DNA of 64,000 nucleotides from Chloroflexia bacterium. Its GTDB lineage: Bacteria > Chloroflexota > Chloroflexia > DTKN01. Shown piece after piece: positions 54,252 through 62,859 of the stretch; the stretch's first letter is position 1, and every line of letters starts with the position of its first letter. The stretch lies in NCBI GenBank assembly GCA_041082245.1, contig JBDOIE010000110.1:1276-65275 (forward strand), written 5' to 3'. The position numbers and the translations under genes were made by a program. The notes under the pieces are model-generated. The model did not search any database. It was not told the origin of the DNA and saw nothing but the letters and a program-made list of their open reading frames with translations.

Positions 54252-55129
54252 GGTGTGCCCACCTTCTCGGGAATGCGCGCCAGGAGCGGGGATGGATCGA
54301 CCGTGTGCCGCTCGAAGCCGAAGCCCTCCGTTTCCAGCCCGAGGGCGATCCCCAACACCTGGGTGATGTAGAACACCGGCAACGGCCGGAAACCCGGATA
54401 ACGCACGGCCATCTCCTGCTGGGGATGGTCCAGGTTGTAGTGGCAGAGGGGACAGCTTGTGACCAGGGCATCCGCACCGCTGACACGCGCCGCATGCAGG
54501 ATACGGTAGGAGGCATCGCGCGCGATATCTGGCGCTCCCACCGCCAGGTAGGACCCGCAGCACTCCCCGCGATGGGGATACAGCACCGGCTCAGCCCCGA
54601 GCGCCGCGAGGAAATCCTCGAACAGGTGCGGCATTTCCGGGTCGTCCAGAGCGATCTCGTCGGCCGGGCGAAGTAGGAAGCAGCCGTAGTAGGCGGCCAG
54701 CCGCAGGCCCTCCAGCGGTCGCACCACGCGCTGGCGCAGCGCTTCGAACCCGAGCCGGTCACGCAACAGGTCGAGCAGGTGCAAGACACGGACGCGCCCA
54801 TCGTACTGTGCTTCGATGAAGGCGTTGATCCGCTCGCGCCGCGCCTCATCCTCGCGCATCACCCGATTGGCACGCTTGGTCACGTTGTAACAGGTCGAGC
54901 AAAGTGCCAGGAGCTCTTCCTGTCCCATTTCGGCGGTGCGCACCAGGTTGCGCACCGCGCCGGCCAGCCGAAGGTCATCGTTGGTCAGAGGAAATGCCGC
55001 TCCGCAGCAGTTCCACTCGGGGATCTCGCGCAACACGATCCCCAGCGCTTCCAGGGATGCCCGCGCGGAACGATCGAGCCCCTGGGCCTTGGTGCTCAGG
55101 GTACATCCGGGGAAATAGGCGATCTCCAT
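54248..55129 (-). CDS. hdrB: heterodisulfide reductase subunit B (two CCG domains)
   Basis: MEIAYFPGCTLSTKAQ...EWNCCGAAF...YYGCFLLRP...GECCGSY...TSCPLCHYN. Two CCG motifs. Confidence 0.85.
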   Translation of the reverse strand: MEIAYFPGCTLSTKAQGLDRSARASLEALGIVLREIPEWNCCGAAFPLTNDDLRLAGAVRNLVRTAEMGQEELLALCSTCYNVTKRANRVMREDEARRERINAFIEAQYDGRVRVLHLLDLLRDRLGFEALRQRVVRPLEGLRLAAYYGCFLLRPADEIALDDPEMPHLFEDFLAALGAEPVLYPHRGECCGSYLAVGAPDIARDASYRILHAARVSGADALVTSCPLCHYNLDHPQQEMAVRYPGFRPLPVFYITQVLGIALGLETEGFGFERHTVDPSPLLARIPEKVGTP

Positions 55130-55154
55130 CTCCCGGTCTCCTTCTCAGCGGCCC

Positions 55155-55562
55155 TTAGATGGAGTACTTGCGGAAACCGCCGACGAACGCCTGCTGGGGC
55201 ATCTCCGCCAGAACTTCCGGGGGGAACTCCTCGATAGCGATGTGGCGGATACCCTGCTCCAGCGCCAGAGTGCGAAGCGCCTCCGTCAGGCGTGCCACGT
55301 CGATCCCCTTTGGGCAGCGGGCTTCGCACGTCAGGCAGGCCGCGCAGTACCAGATGGCACGCGCACGCAGCGCTTCCTCCACGCAGCCCAGCTGCAGCAG
55401 GCGCACGATCTGGTTGGGAAGCAGGTCCATCGCGCCCGCGGCAGGACAGCCGGCCGAACAGTTGCCGCACTGGTAGCAGGCCATCACGTCCTGGCCGCTC
55501 AGGTCTTCCACACGGCGGACAAGTTCGCTCCCCAGGGTGGACGGATTCAGAACGAGGCGCAT
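55155..55562 (-). CDS. hdrC: heterodisulfide reductase subunit C (2x[4Fe-4S])
   Basis: ...CYQCGNCSAGCP... and ...CAACLTCEARCP... Confidence 0.8.
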   Translation of the reverse strand: MRLVLNPSTLGSELVRRVEDLSGQDVMACYQCGNCSAGCPAAGAMDLLPNQIVRLLQLGCVEEALRARAIWYCAACLTCEARCPKGIDVARLTEALRTLALEQGIRHIAIEEFPPEVLAEMPQQAFVGGFRKYSI

Positions 55563-55583
55563 CTTCGTACCTCCAGGCGCGAC

Positions 55584-56132
55584 CTATACCTGCCGGTACA
55601 TCCTTTTCCCATCTTCGTAGGCATCCCCGCCGTAGATATCGTTCACCACGATCGCCGGGAAATCGACAACCCGTAGCCGGAGCAGCGCTTCCGCCCCCAG
55701 CTCGGGGTAGGCGATGACTTCGGACTCGACGATCGAACGGGCGATCAGTGCGCCGGCCCCCCCGATGGCGGCAAAATAGACCGCGCGGTACTCCTGCAGT
55801 GCCCGGCGCACGGCCTCGGAGCGGTTCCCTTTTCCGATCATCCCCTTGAGACCTGCCTGCAGGAGCGGGATCGTGTAGGGGTCCATCCGCCCGCTCGTCG
55901 TGGGGCCGGCCGAACCGGAGACCTGCCCGGGTTTGGCGGGAGCCGGGCCCATGTAGTAGATCACCTGCCCCCGGGGATCGAAGGGCAGGGGCTTTCCCTC
56001 TTGAAGCAGTGCCACAAGCCGCTTGTGCGCGGCATCGCGCCCGACGTAAAGCGTCCCGGTGATGAGCACCTGGTCGCCCGCCCGGAGGTCGGCGATCACT
56101 TCCTCCGTCAGTGGGGTGGAGATGTGCTTCAT
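55584..56132 (-). CDS. class I fumarate hydratase / Fe-S hydro-lyase beta subunit (FumB/TtdB-like)
   Basis: MKHISTPLTEEVIADLRAGDQVLITGTLYVGRDAAHKRL...YYMGPAPAKPGQVSGSAGPTTSGRMD...GMIGKGNRS. AAGGAGGAG RBS. Confidence 0.8.
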   Translation of the reverse strand: MKHISTPLTEEVIADLRAGDQVLITGTLYVGRDAAHKRLVALLQEGKPLPFDPRGQVIYYMGPAPAKPGQVSGSAGPTTSGRMDPYTIPLLQAGLKGMIGKGNRSEAVRRALQEYRAVYFAAIGGAGALIARSIVESEVIAYPELGAEALLRLRVVDFPAIVVNDIYGGDAYEDGKRMYRQV

Positions 56133-56152
56133 CGTCGATCTCCTCCTTGCCG

Positions 56153-56998
56153 CTACAGGACCGCTTCCTTGTGCCGTGCGGCGTGGCACTGGAGGTTCAC
56201 CGCCACGGGCAGGCTAGCAATGTGGCAAGGCTCTGCCTCCACGTGCACCGCAAGCGCCGTGATCCGCCCGCCGAAGCCCTGGGGGCCGATCCCCAACCGG
56301 TTGATGCGCTCCAGCAGTTCCTGCTCCAGTTCGTCGAGTTCTGGGTCCGGGTTCCGCGTGCCGATCTCGCGCAGGAGCGCGTGCTTGGCCAGGAAGGCCA
56401 CGCGCTCGAAAGTCCCCCCGATGCCGACTCCCACCACGATGGGCGGGCAGGGGTTTGCGCCCGCCTCGTCCACCGTGCGGACGACGAAATCGATGATCCC
56501 CTGGCGGCCGGCCGCAGGCGTGAGCATCGCCAGCCGGCTCATGTTCTCGCTTCCTCCGCCTTTGGGAGCTACCGTGATCCGCAGTTGCTCCCCGGGGACA
56601 ATCCGGGTATGGATAATCGCCGGGGTGTTGTCTCCGGTGTTGACACGCGCCGAAAACGGCTGCCGCACGGACGACTTTCGGAGGTAACCGTCGCGGTATC
56701 CACGGCGGACCCCCTCGTGGATCGCCTCGTACAGGTCGCCGCCCACGATATGCAGGTCCTGCCCCAGCTCGAGAAACACAACCGCGAGACCCGTATCCTG
56801 GCACATCGCCATCTGGGTCTCGCGGGCGATCCGCGCGTTCTCCAGGATCTGCTGGAGTACGACCCGTCCAGTTTCGGACTCTTCGCGCCGGAGGGCATCC
56901 TCCAACGCCGCGACGACGTCGGCGCCCAGATCGTAGTTGGCTTCCATGCACAAGCGTGCCACTGTCTCTGTGACGACACTGGCCGGCAGTTCCCGCAT
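56153..56998 (-). CDS. class I fumarate hydratase / Fe-S hydro-lyase alpha subunit (FumA/TtdA-like)
   Basis: MRELPASVVTETVARLCMEANYDL...QMAMCQDTGLAVVFLE...ANPCPPIVVGVGIGG...GFGGRITALAVHVEAEPCHIASLPVAVNLQCH. AAGGAGG RBS. Confidence 0.8.
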   Translation of the reverse strand: MRELPASVVTETVARLCMEANYDLGADVVAALEDALRREESETGRVVLQQILENARIARETQMAMCQDTGLAVVFLELGQDLHIVGGDLYEAIHEGVRRGYRDGYLRKSSVRQPFSARVNTGDNTPAIIHTRIVPGEQLRITVAPKGGGSENMSRLAMLTPAAGRQGIIDFVVRTVDEAGANPCPPIVVGVGIGGTFERVAFLAKHALLREIGTRNPDPELDELEQELLERINRLGIGPQGFGGRITALAVHVEAEPCHIASLPVAVNLQCHAARHKEAVL

Positions 56999-57156
56999 CG
57001 GTTCCTCCTTACGGCTTCCATGGACGAAAGGGACACCGTTCCGCTTACCTTCCCCGGCGGTGGCGGTGTCCCTTGAAAGCGGGCCATACCCGCATCCGCC
57101 ACTCCGCTGTGGCCCTTTCCAGCCGGTCAGCCCCATTGCTGCCCAGGCTGGCGCTC

Positions 57157-57186
57157 ATTATACACCTTACACCTCGCTTTGTCCAA
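57157..57186 (-). promoter_or_regulatory. sigma70-type promoter TTGGAC - 18 nt - TATAAT for the fum-hdr operon
   Basis: The minus strand reads TTGGACaaagcgaggtgtaaggtgTATAATgagcg, about 150 nt upstream of the fumA-like ATG. Confidence 0.5.
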
Positions 57187-57212
57187 TGATCGAGATCACA
57201 TATTGTGCGGGT

Positions 57213-57241
57213 TTGACAGGGCTTTACCGGTGCGCTAAGAT
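57213..57241 (+). promoter_or_regulatory. sigma70-type promoter TTGACA - 17 nt - TAAGAT for the divergent SBP gene (near-leaderless)
   Basis: gtTTGACAgggctttaccggtgcgcTAAGATgggtgtacaATG. The predicted transcript start is only a few nt before the ATG. Confidence 0.45.
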
Positions 57242-57250
57242 GGGTGTACA

Positions 57251-58519
57251 ATGCGCTGCCGAGTCTGGGTCGCGATCTTGTTGTTGTTCGCCGTCGCCTG
57301 TGGGCGCGGCCCTACGCCGGCTCCTTCCCCCTCGTCCTCGCCGGCGTCGCCATCCCCTGCTCCGGCTACCCCCCGTGGCGAAAAGGCAGTGCTCACCGTA
57401 TGGCATTCGTGGGAACCGTCGGAAGAAGCGATCGTGCGCACCTTGCTCGAGGACTACCGGTCGCTAAAGCCTGACGTCACGGTCCGCCTGCGCCGCGTTC
57501 CTGTGGATCGCATCCTGAGCGAGTACCAGGAGGCGGTGCTGGCGGGCGAAGGTCCGGACCTGCTGATCGGGCGCAGTTCCTGGATCGGGTACCTGGCCGA
57601 CGGTCACACGATCGTGTCGCTGGAGAGCCTCCTCGAAAACGGCTTCTGGGACGCTTACTATCCGTTTGCCGTGGAGGGCGTACGCTACAACGGCGAACGG
57701 TACGGCGTCCCTTTTGCCTGCGAGACGGTGGCCCTGTACTACAACAAAGCCTTCGTTCTCGATCCGCCCACGAGCACGAACCGCTTGCTCGAGCTTGCGG
57801 CCGTCTGGCAGGGGGAAGAGCAGGCCGGATTGGCTTTCCCGCTTAGCTTCTACAACACGATCGGCTACCTCTACGCCTTCGGAGGACAGCTCTTCGACGA
57901 GCAGGGCAACTCGCTCCTCGACACCCCCGAGACGAGGGCGTGGCTCTTCTGGCTCTATCAGGTCAAGACTTCGCCGGGCGTGGTGGCAACGGACAACTAC
58001 AGCGATGCGGACGCGCGCTTCAAGGCCGGGCGCGTGGCGATGACCGTAAACGGCTCCTGGGCGCTCTCGGACTATGTCCAGGCACTAGGGGAAGGCAAAC
58101 TGGGTGTGGCGCGGCTCCCAATGGTGTCCTCTACCCGGGCGTGGCCGACCCCCTTCGTTGGCTGCCAGGTCCTTCTGGTGAACCCGGCAACCCTGCCGAG
58201 CCATCCGAAGACCACGCTCGACCTCTTGCGCTTCCTCGGCGGGCCCGTCTTTCAGCGGCTCCTGGTGGCCCGTTCCCGCACCATCCCGACCTGGAAGGAG
58301 ATCGACCTTTCCGGCGATCCCTTGCTGAAGGCCTTCCTGGAGCAAGCTCAGGCCGGCCGGCCGAGGCCGACCGGCGGTCGTCTGGAAGTGTACTGGGACG
58401 CGACGGAGGCCCTTATCTACAACGTCACTACCCGCCGCGTGCCGGTGGATGTGGCACTCGAAGAAACGCGTCGCCAGCTGGAGAAGGCGCTGGCGGAGCC
58501 GGAGGGAAGCGCCCCCTGA
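57251..58519 (+). CDS. ABC transporter substrate-binding lipoprotein, family 1 (carbohydrate-type)
   Basis: MRCRVWVAILLLFAVACG. A lipobox and a Pro/Ser-rich linker, then the SBP_bac_1 fold. Confidence 0.8.
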   Translation: MRCRVWVAILLLFAVACGRGPTPAPSPSSSPASPSPAPATPRGEKAVLTVWHSWEPSEEAIVRTLLEDYRSLKPDVTVRLRRVPVDRILSEYQEAVLAGEGPDLLIGRSSWIGYLADGHTIVSLESLLENGFWDAYYPFAVEGVRYNGERYGVPFACETVALYYNKAFVLDPPTSTNRLLELAAVWQGEEQAGLAFPLSFYNTIGYLYAFGGQLFDEQGNSLLDTPETRAWLFWLYQVKTSPGVVATDNYSDADARFKAGRVAMTVNGSWALSDYVQALGEGKLGVARLPMVSSTRAWPTPFVGCQVLLVNPATLPSHPKTTLDLLRFLGGPVFQRLLVARSRTIPTWKEIDLSGDPLLKAFLEQAQAGRPRPTGGRLEVYWDATEALIYNVTTRRVPVDVALEETRRQLEKALAEPEGSAP

Positions 58520-58536
58520 AGGGACCGAAAAGGGCG

Positions 58537-58585
58537 GAACAACGCGCTTGTCACGTTGTCCCGCCCGGTGTTTCTGTCGCTCTCC
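58537..58585. terminator. hairpin terminator between convergent SBP and grpE genes
   Basis: gggcggaacaacgcgcttgtcacgttgtcccgccc has one mismatch in a 13-bp stem. It is followed by GGUGUUUCUGUC on the plus strand and UUUUCGG on the minus strand. Confidence 0.4.
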
Positions 58586-58741
58586 TTCGCAACTTGCCCC
58601 GCCCAACTTGCGGATCGTGTCCGCCAGGTCCACGCCCGTGAGCGCCTCCGCCGGCGCAGGCAACAGCGCGACGATCTGGGTGATGCTCTGGATGATCCGC
58701 CGAGCACCGATGCCGTCGCCCCGCCGGTGGCCCCGACGATC

Positions 58742-59251
58742 TCAGCGCCGCACGATCACGCGGGCCGGCCGCAGCAACCGCCCACGGTAGCGGTAGCCCT
58801 TCTGGACCTGTTGCACGACCTTCCCGGCTTCCTCTCCGCCCTCCTCGACCACTCCTACCGCTTCGTGGAGTTGAGGATCGAAACGTTCCCCTTCCGCGGG
58901 GACTTCCTCCACTCCTTCTTTCTCCAGGAAACGGCGGAATTTCTCCCAGGTCGCCCGCAGCCCTTCGCGCAACCCGGGCTGTTCCTGGAAAGCGAGCGCC
59001 CGCTCCAGGTGGTCGCCCAGGGCGAGGAACTCGCGTAGCAGGCGGGCACGCTCTTCTTCTATCGCTTCCCGTGCCCGTTCCTGCATCCGCCTCCGAAAGT
59101 TCGCCATGTCCGCGAGCGCCCGCAGGTAGAGATCGCGGTAATCGGCTTCCGGCTGCGGGACTTCCGCCTCCGCCGGAGAAGCCGGCATAGCCTGCTCGAC
59201 AGGTTCGGGGGACACCTGGGGCTCTTCTGCACCGGATACCGGAATGCGCAT
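58742..59251 (-). CDS. grpE: nucleotide exchange factor GrpE
   Basis: ...DYRDLYLRALADMANFRRRMQERAREAIEE...C-terminal KGYRYRGRLLRPARVIV. GAGGTGAG RBS. Confidence 0.9.
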   Translation of the reverse strand: MRIPVSGAEEPQVSPEPVEQAMPASPAEAEVPQPEADYRDLYLRALADMANFRRRMQERAREAIEEERARLLREFLALGDHLERALAFQEQPGLREGLRATWEKFRRFLEKEGVEEVPAEGERFDPQLHEAVGVVEEGGEEAGKVVQQVQKGYRYRGRLLRPARVIVRR

Positions 59252-59309
59252 CGCTCACCTCGCCGCGGGCGGCGCGCCGACACCGGGGGTGCCGGCGCGC
59301 CGGCACCCG

Positions 59310-61193
59310 TTATACCTCTCGGAATTCCCCTTCGACGGTATCCGGTCCGCTCTGTTGCGAGCGCCCGGTGTCTCCCGATGCCGCGCTGGCCGGCTGGCCG
59401 TAGATCTGGCTGGAAACACGGTAGAGCGTCTGCTGGAGTGCTTCCATATCGCGCCGGATGGCCGGCGTGTTCTGAGCCGCGATGCTCTCGCGCAGCGCTT
59501 TCACGCGCGTTTCGATCTCGCTCCGCACCGCAGGATCGAGCCGGCCGCCGGCCTCGCGGAGCGTACGCTCCGCGCTGTAGGCGAGTTGATCCGCCTGGTT
59601 GCGCAGCTCGACCTCCTCGCGCCGGCGCCGGTCCTCCTCAGCGTGTGCTTCCGCTTCGCGCACGAGCCGCTCGACCTCTTCCTTGCTCAGGTTCGTGGAA
59701 GCGGTGATCGTGATGCGCTGTTCGCGCCCGGTCGCCTGATCGCGCGCGGACACGTGCAGGATGCCGTTCGCGTCGATATCGAACGTGACCTCGATCTGCG
59801 GGACGCCACGCGGCGCGGGCGGAATCCCCTCCAGGCGGAAGCGGCCCAGGGTGACGTTGTCCTCGGCCATCGGCCGCTCGCCCTGAAGGACGTGGATATC
59901 CACCGCTGTCTGGCCGTCCTCGGCCGTGGTAAAGATCTCGGTCTTGCGGGTCGGGATGGTCGTATTGCGCGGGATGAGCACCGTCATCACGCCGCCGAGC
60001 GTCTCCACGCCGAGCGAAAGCGGTGTGACATCGAGCAGGAGGACGTCCTTGACCTCGCCGCCCAGCACCCCGGCCTGAATGGCCGCCCCGACCGCCACCA
60101 CCTCGTCCGGGTTCACGCCCTTATGGGGCTCCTTGCCGGTCAGTTCCCGCACGAGCGCCTGCACGGCCGGCATCCGTGTGGCACCGCCGACCAGGATCAC
60201 TTCGTCCAGGTCCTCGGGCTTCAGGTGAGCATCCTGGAGCGCCTGGAAGAACGGCCCCTTCAGCCGTTCCGTGAGATCGGCGGTCAGCTGTTCAAAGCGC
60301 GCGCGGGTGAGGCGCATCTGCAGATGCTTCGGTCCGGAGGCGTCTGCCGTGATGAAGGGGAGGTTGATTTCGGTCTCCAGGAGCGTGGAGAGCTCGATCT
60401 TGGCCTTCTCCGCTGCTTCCTTCAGCCGCTGGAGCGCCATCCGGTCCTGGGAAAGGTCGATCCCCGTCTCCTTGCGGAACTCCTCCACCAGCCAGTTGAT
60501 GATGCGCTGGTCATAGTCGTCGCCTCCCAGGTGCGTATCGCCACTCGTAGCCTTCACTTCAAAGACGCCGTCGCCGACCTCAAGGATCGAGACGTCGAAC
60601 GTGCCGCCGCCCAGGTCGAACACGAGGATCGTCTCGTCCTTCTTCTTGTCCAGGCCGTAGGCGAGGGCGGAGGCGGTGGGCTCGTTGATGATGCGCAGCA
60701 CCTCCAGGCCGGCGATGCGGCCGGCGTCTTTGGTGGCCTGGCGCTGGCTGTCGTTGAAGTAGGCAGGGACGGTGATAACGGCCTTGGTGACCGGCTCGCC
60801 CAGGTAGGCCTCGGCGTCCTGCTTCAGTTTCTGCAGGATCATCGCCGAGATCTCCTGCGGCGTGAACTCGCGGCCGGCAGCAGGGATATAGACGCGCGCA
60901 TCGCCCCGGCTACCCCGTACCACCCGGTAGGGCACCATCTCCCGCTCACGGGCCACCTCATCGTACGAGCGCCCTATGAAGCGCTTGATGGAGAAGACGG
61001 TGTTCTCCGGGTTCGTAATCGCCTGGCGGCGTGCGAGCTGTCCGACGAGCCGCTCTCCGTTCTTTGTAAATGCCACAACCGAAGGCGTGAGCCGGCTTCC
61101 TTCCGCGTTCGGAATCACGGTGACCTCGCCGCCCTCGAGTACAGCGATCACCGAGTTGGTCGTACCCAGGTCAATGCCAACGATCTTTCCCAT
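59310..61193 (-). CDS. dnaK: molecular chaperone DnaK (Hsp70)
   Basis: [29 protein letters not shown]...[13 protein letters not shown]... ATG 8 nt after GGAGGTGG. The ORF-track start at 61208 is a TTG five codons upstream. Confidence 0.95.
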   Translation of the reverse strand: MGKIVGIDLGTTNSVIAVLEGGEVTVIPNAEGSRLTPSVVAFTKNGERLVGQLARRQAITNPENTVFSIKRFIGRSYDEVAREREMVPYRVVRGSRGDARVYIPAAGREFTPQEISAMILQKLKQDAEAYLGEPVTKAVITVPAYFNDSQRQATKDAGRIAGLEVLRIINEPTASALAYGLDKKKDETILVFDLGGGTFDVSILEVGDGVFEVKATSGDTHLGGDDYDQRIINWLVEEFRKETGIDLSQDRMALQRLKEAAEKAKIELSTLLETEINLPFITADASGPKHLQMRLTRARFEQLTADLTERLKGPFFQALQDAHLKPEDLDEVILVGGATRMPAVQALVRELTGKEPHKGVNPDEVVAVGAAIQAGVLGGEVKDVLLLDVTPLSLGVETLGGVMTVLIPRNTTIPTRKTEIFTTAEDGQTAVDIHVLQGERPMAEDNVTLGRFRLEGIPPAPRGVPQIEVTFDIDANGILHVSARDQATGREQRITITASTNLSKEEVERLVREAEAHAEEDRRRREEVELRNQADQLAYSAERTLREAGGRLDPAVRSEIETRVKALRESIAAQNTPAIRRDMEALQQTLYRVSSQIYGQPASAASGDTGRSQQSGPDTVEGEFREV

Positions 61194-61287
61194 CGCAACC
61201 ACCTCCAAAGGTTAGGTTCGCAGGTATCCTAAGGCCGGGGCATTAGAGTTTTGCTAGAAAAGCGTTGGCAGGCCGTTGGTGGGCACA

Positions 61288-61316
61288 TTTGACGCTCGCG
61301 CCGCTTCCGGTTATAC
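61288..61316 (+). promoter_or_regulatory. candidate promoter TTGACG - 17 nt - TATACT
   Basis: cattTGACGctcgcgccgcttccggtTATACTggg lies about 70 nt upstream of the MoaD-like gene. Confidence 0.4.
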
Positions 61317-61384
61317 TGGGCCTGCCCGGGCGGAGCCGTTCGGTTCTGGGAAGAAAAAGGTCGTGTACCGAGAGCGGGAGAGCG

Positions 61385-61618
61385 ATGTCTGGCGTGCGTG
61401 TGATTCCTGTGGGGATGTTGCGCCAGTACGTGGGGGGGCAGGAGGCCCTATGGCTGGAGGGGTGGGCCGGCCGAACCGTCCGCGAAATGCTGGACGCGCT
61501 CGGCATTCCTTCGGCCGTAGTGGGCGGGGTCTTTGCCGGCAATACGCTGGTGCAGAAGGATTACCGCCTGCAGGAGGGAGACGAGATCCGGTTGATCGCA
61601 CTCCTGGGCGGCGGATAG
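61385..61618 (+). CDS. MoaD/ThiS-family ubiquitin-like sulfur-carrier protein (C-terminal GG)
   Basis: MSGVRVIPVGMLRQYVGGQEALWLEGWAGRTVREMLDALGIPSAVVGGVFAGNTLVQKDYRLQEGDEIRLIALLGGG. A beta-grasp protein ending in Gly-Gly. GGGAGAG RBS. Confidence 0.65.
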   Translation: MSGVRVIPVGMLRQYVGGQEALWLEGWAGRTVREMLDALGIPSAVVGGVFAGNTLVQKDYRLQEGDEIRLIALLGGG

Positions 61619-61659
61619 GGGCATGGGGGCCCCGGAAAGAACTCAGAGAGGAGGAAACG

Positions 61660-62829
61660 ATGCGACTTGCTGAACGGATGAACCGTCTGGGCACCGAGAC
61701 CGCCTTCGAAGTGCTCGTGCGCGCCCGAGCCCTGGAAGCAAAGGGACGGGAGGTCATCCACCTGGAGATCGGGGAACCGGACTTTGATACGCCGCCTAAC
61801 ATCATCGCCGCGGCGGAACGGGCCCTGCGGTCGGGGCACACCCACTATACTCCATCGGCCGGGATCCCGGAACTGCGCCAGGCGGTGGCAGAAGAGGTCT
61901 CCCGTACCCGCCGCATCCCGGTCAAGCCGGAAAACGTGGTCATCGTTCCGGGCGGAAAGCCGATCATCTTCTTCACGATGCTCGCGCTCGTGGAGGAAGG
62001 GGATGAGGTCGTCTACCCCAACCCCGGCTTTCCGATCTATGAATCGATGATCCAATTCCTCGGAGCGCGGCCCGTTCCGATCCCGTTGCTCGAGGAGAAC
62101 GACTTTGCCTTCGATCTGGACGTGCTGCGGCGCAGCATCGGCCCCCGCACGAAGCTCGTGATCATCAACTCGCCCCATAACCCCACGGGCGGGGTGCTCA
62201 GCGAAGCGGACCTGAAGGAAATCGCGGAGCTCGTGCAGCGGTACGACTGTTACGTGCTTTCGGACGAGATTTACTCCCGCACCCTGTACGAAGGCAAGTT
62301 CGTCAGCATCGCTTCGCTCCCTGGCATGCAGGAGCGCACGATCATCCTGGACGGCTTTTCCAAGACCTACGCGATGACCGGCTGGCGGCTCGGGTACGGC
62401 GTGATGCCGGAGGCGCTCGCGGCGGCCGAGGCGCGGCTGATGACGAACAGCAATTCGTGCACGGCAGCTTTTACCCAGATAGCGGGGATCGAGGCGCTGC
62501 GCGGACCCCAGGACGAGTCGTACCGGATGGTGGAGGAGTTCCGCCGCCGGCGCGACGTCATCGTCGAGGGGCTGAACGCGATCCCGGGCGTTTCCTGTCG
62601 GAAGCCGGCCGGTGCGTTCTACGTTTTCCCCAACGTCAAGTCGTTTGGGCGTCCGTCGAAGGAGATCGCCGACTACCTGCTCGAGGAGGCCGGGGTAGCA
62701 GTCCTCTCCGGCACCGCCTTCGGCGCCTACGGCGAAGGCTACCTGCGCCTCTCTTATGCCAACTCGATCGAGAACATCCGTAAGGCGCTGGAACGCATGG
62801 AAGCGGCGTTGAGCCGCCTGCGTCGCTAG
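61660..62829 (+). CDS. class I/II pyridoxal-phosphate-dependent aminotransferase (aspartate aminotransferase-like)
   Basis: MRLAERMNRLGTETAFEVLVRARALEAKGREVIHLEIGEPDFDTP...NPTGGVL...DEIY...GFSKTYAMTGWRLGY... is the PLP-Lys motif. AGGAGGAAACG RBS. Confidence 0.85.
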   Translation: MRLAERMNRLGTETAFEVLVRARALEAKGREVIHLEIGEPDFDTPPNIIAAAERALRSGHTHYTPSAGIPELRQAVAEEVSRTRRIPVKPENVVIVPGGKPIIFFTMLALVEEGDEVVYPNPGFPIYESMIQFLGARPVPIPLLEENDFAFDLDVLRRSIGPRTKLVIINSPHNPTGGVLSEADLKEIAELVQRYDCYVLSDEIYSRTLYEGKFVSIASLPGMQERTIILDGFSKTYAMTGWRLGYGVMPEALAAAEARLMTNSNSCTAAFTQIAGIEALRGPQDESYRMVEEFRRRRDVIVEGLNAIPGVSCRKPAGAFYVFPNVKSFGRPSKEIADYLLEEAGVAVLSGTAFGAYGEGYLRLSYANSIENIRKALERMEAALSRLRR

Positions 62830-62859
62830 GGTCATCGCAAAGGACCTGTAGAGGCATAT

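Noticed and set aside
37916-56998. Selenocysteine (in-frame TGA) in hdrA, mvhD or the FrhB-like gene
   Set aside because: All these ORFs are uninterrupted, and the positions that are Sec in some archaea are Cys here.
59244-61232. 662-aa plus-strand ORF
   Set aside because: Antisense to dnaK. The dnaK frame has unmistakable Hsp70 motifs.
61194-61384. CIRCE or HAIR heat-shock operator upstream of dnaK
   Set aside because: No inverted repeat matching TTAGCACTC-N9-GAGTGCTAA or CTTGAGT-N7-ACTCAAG is present.
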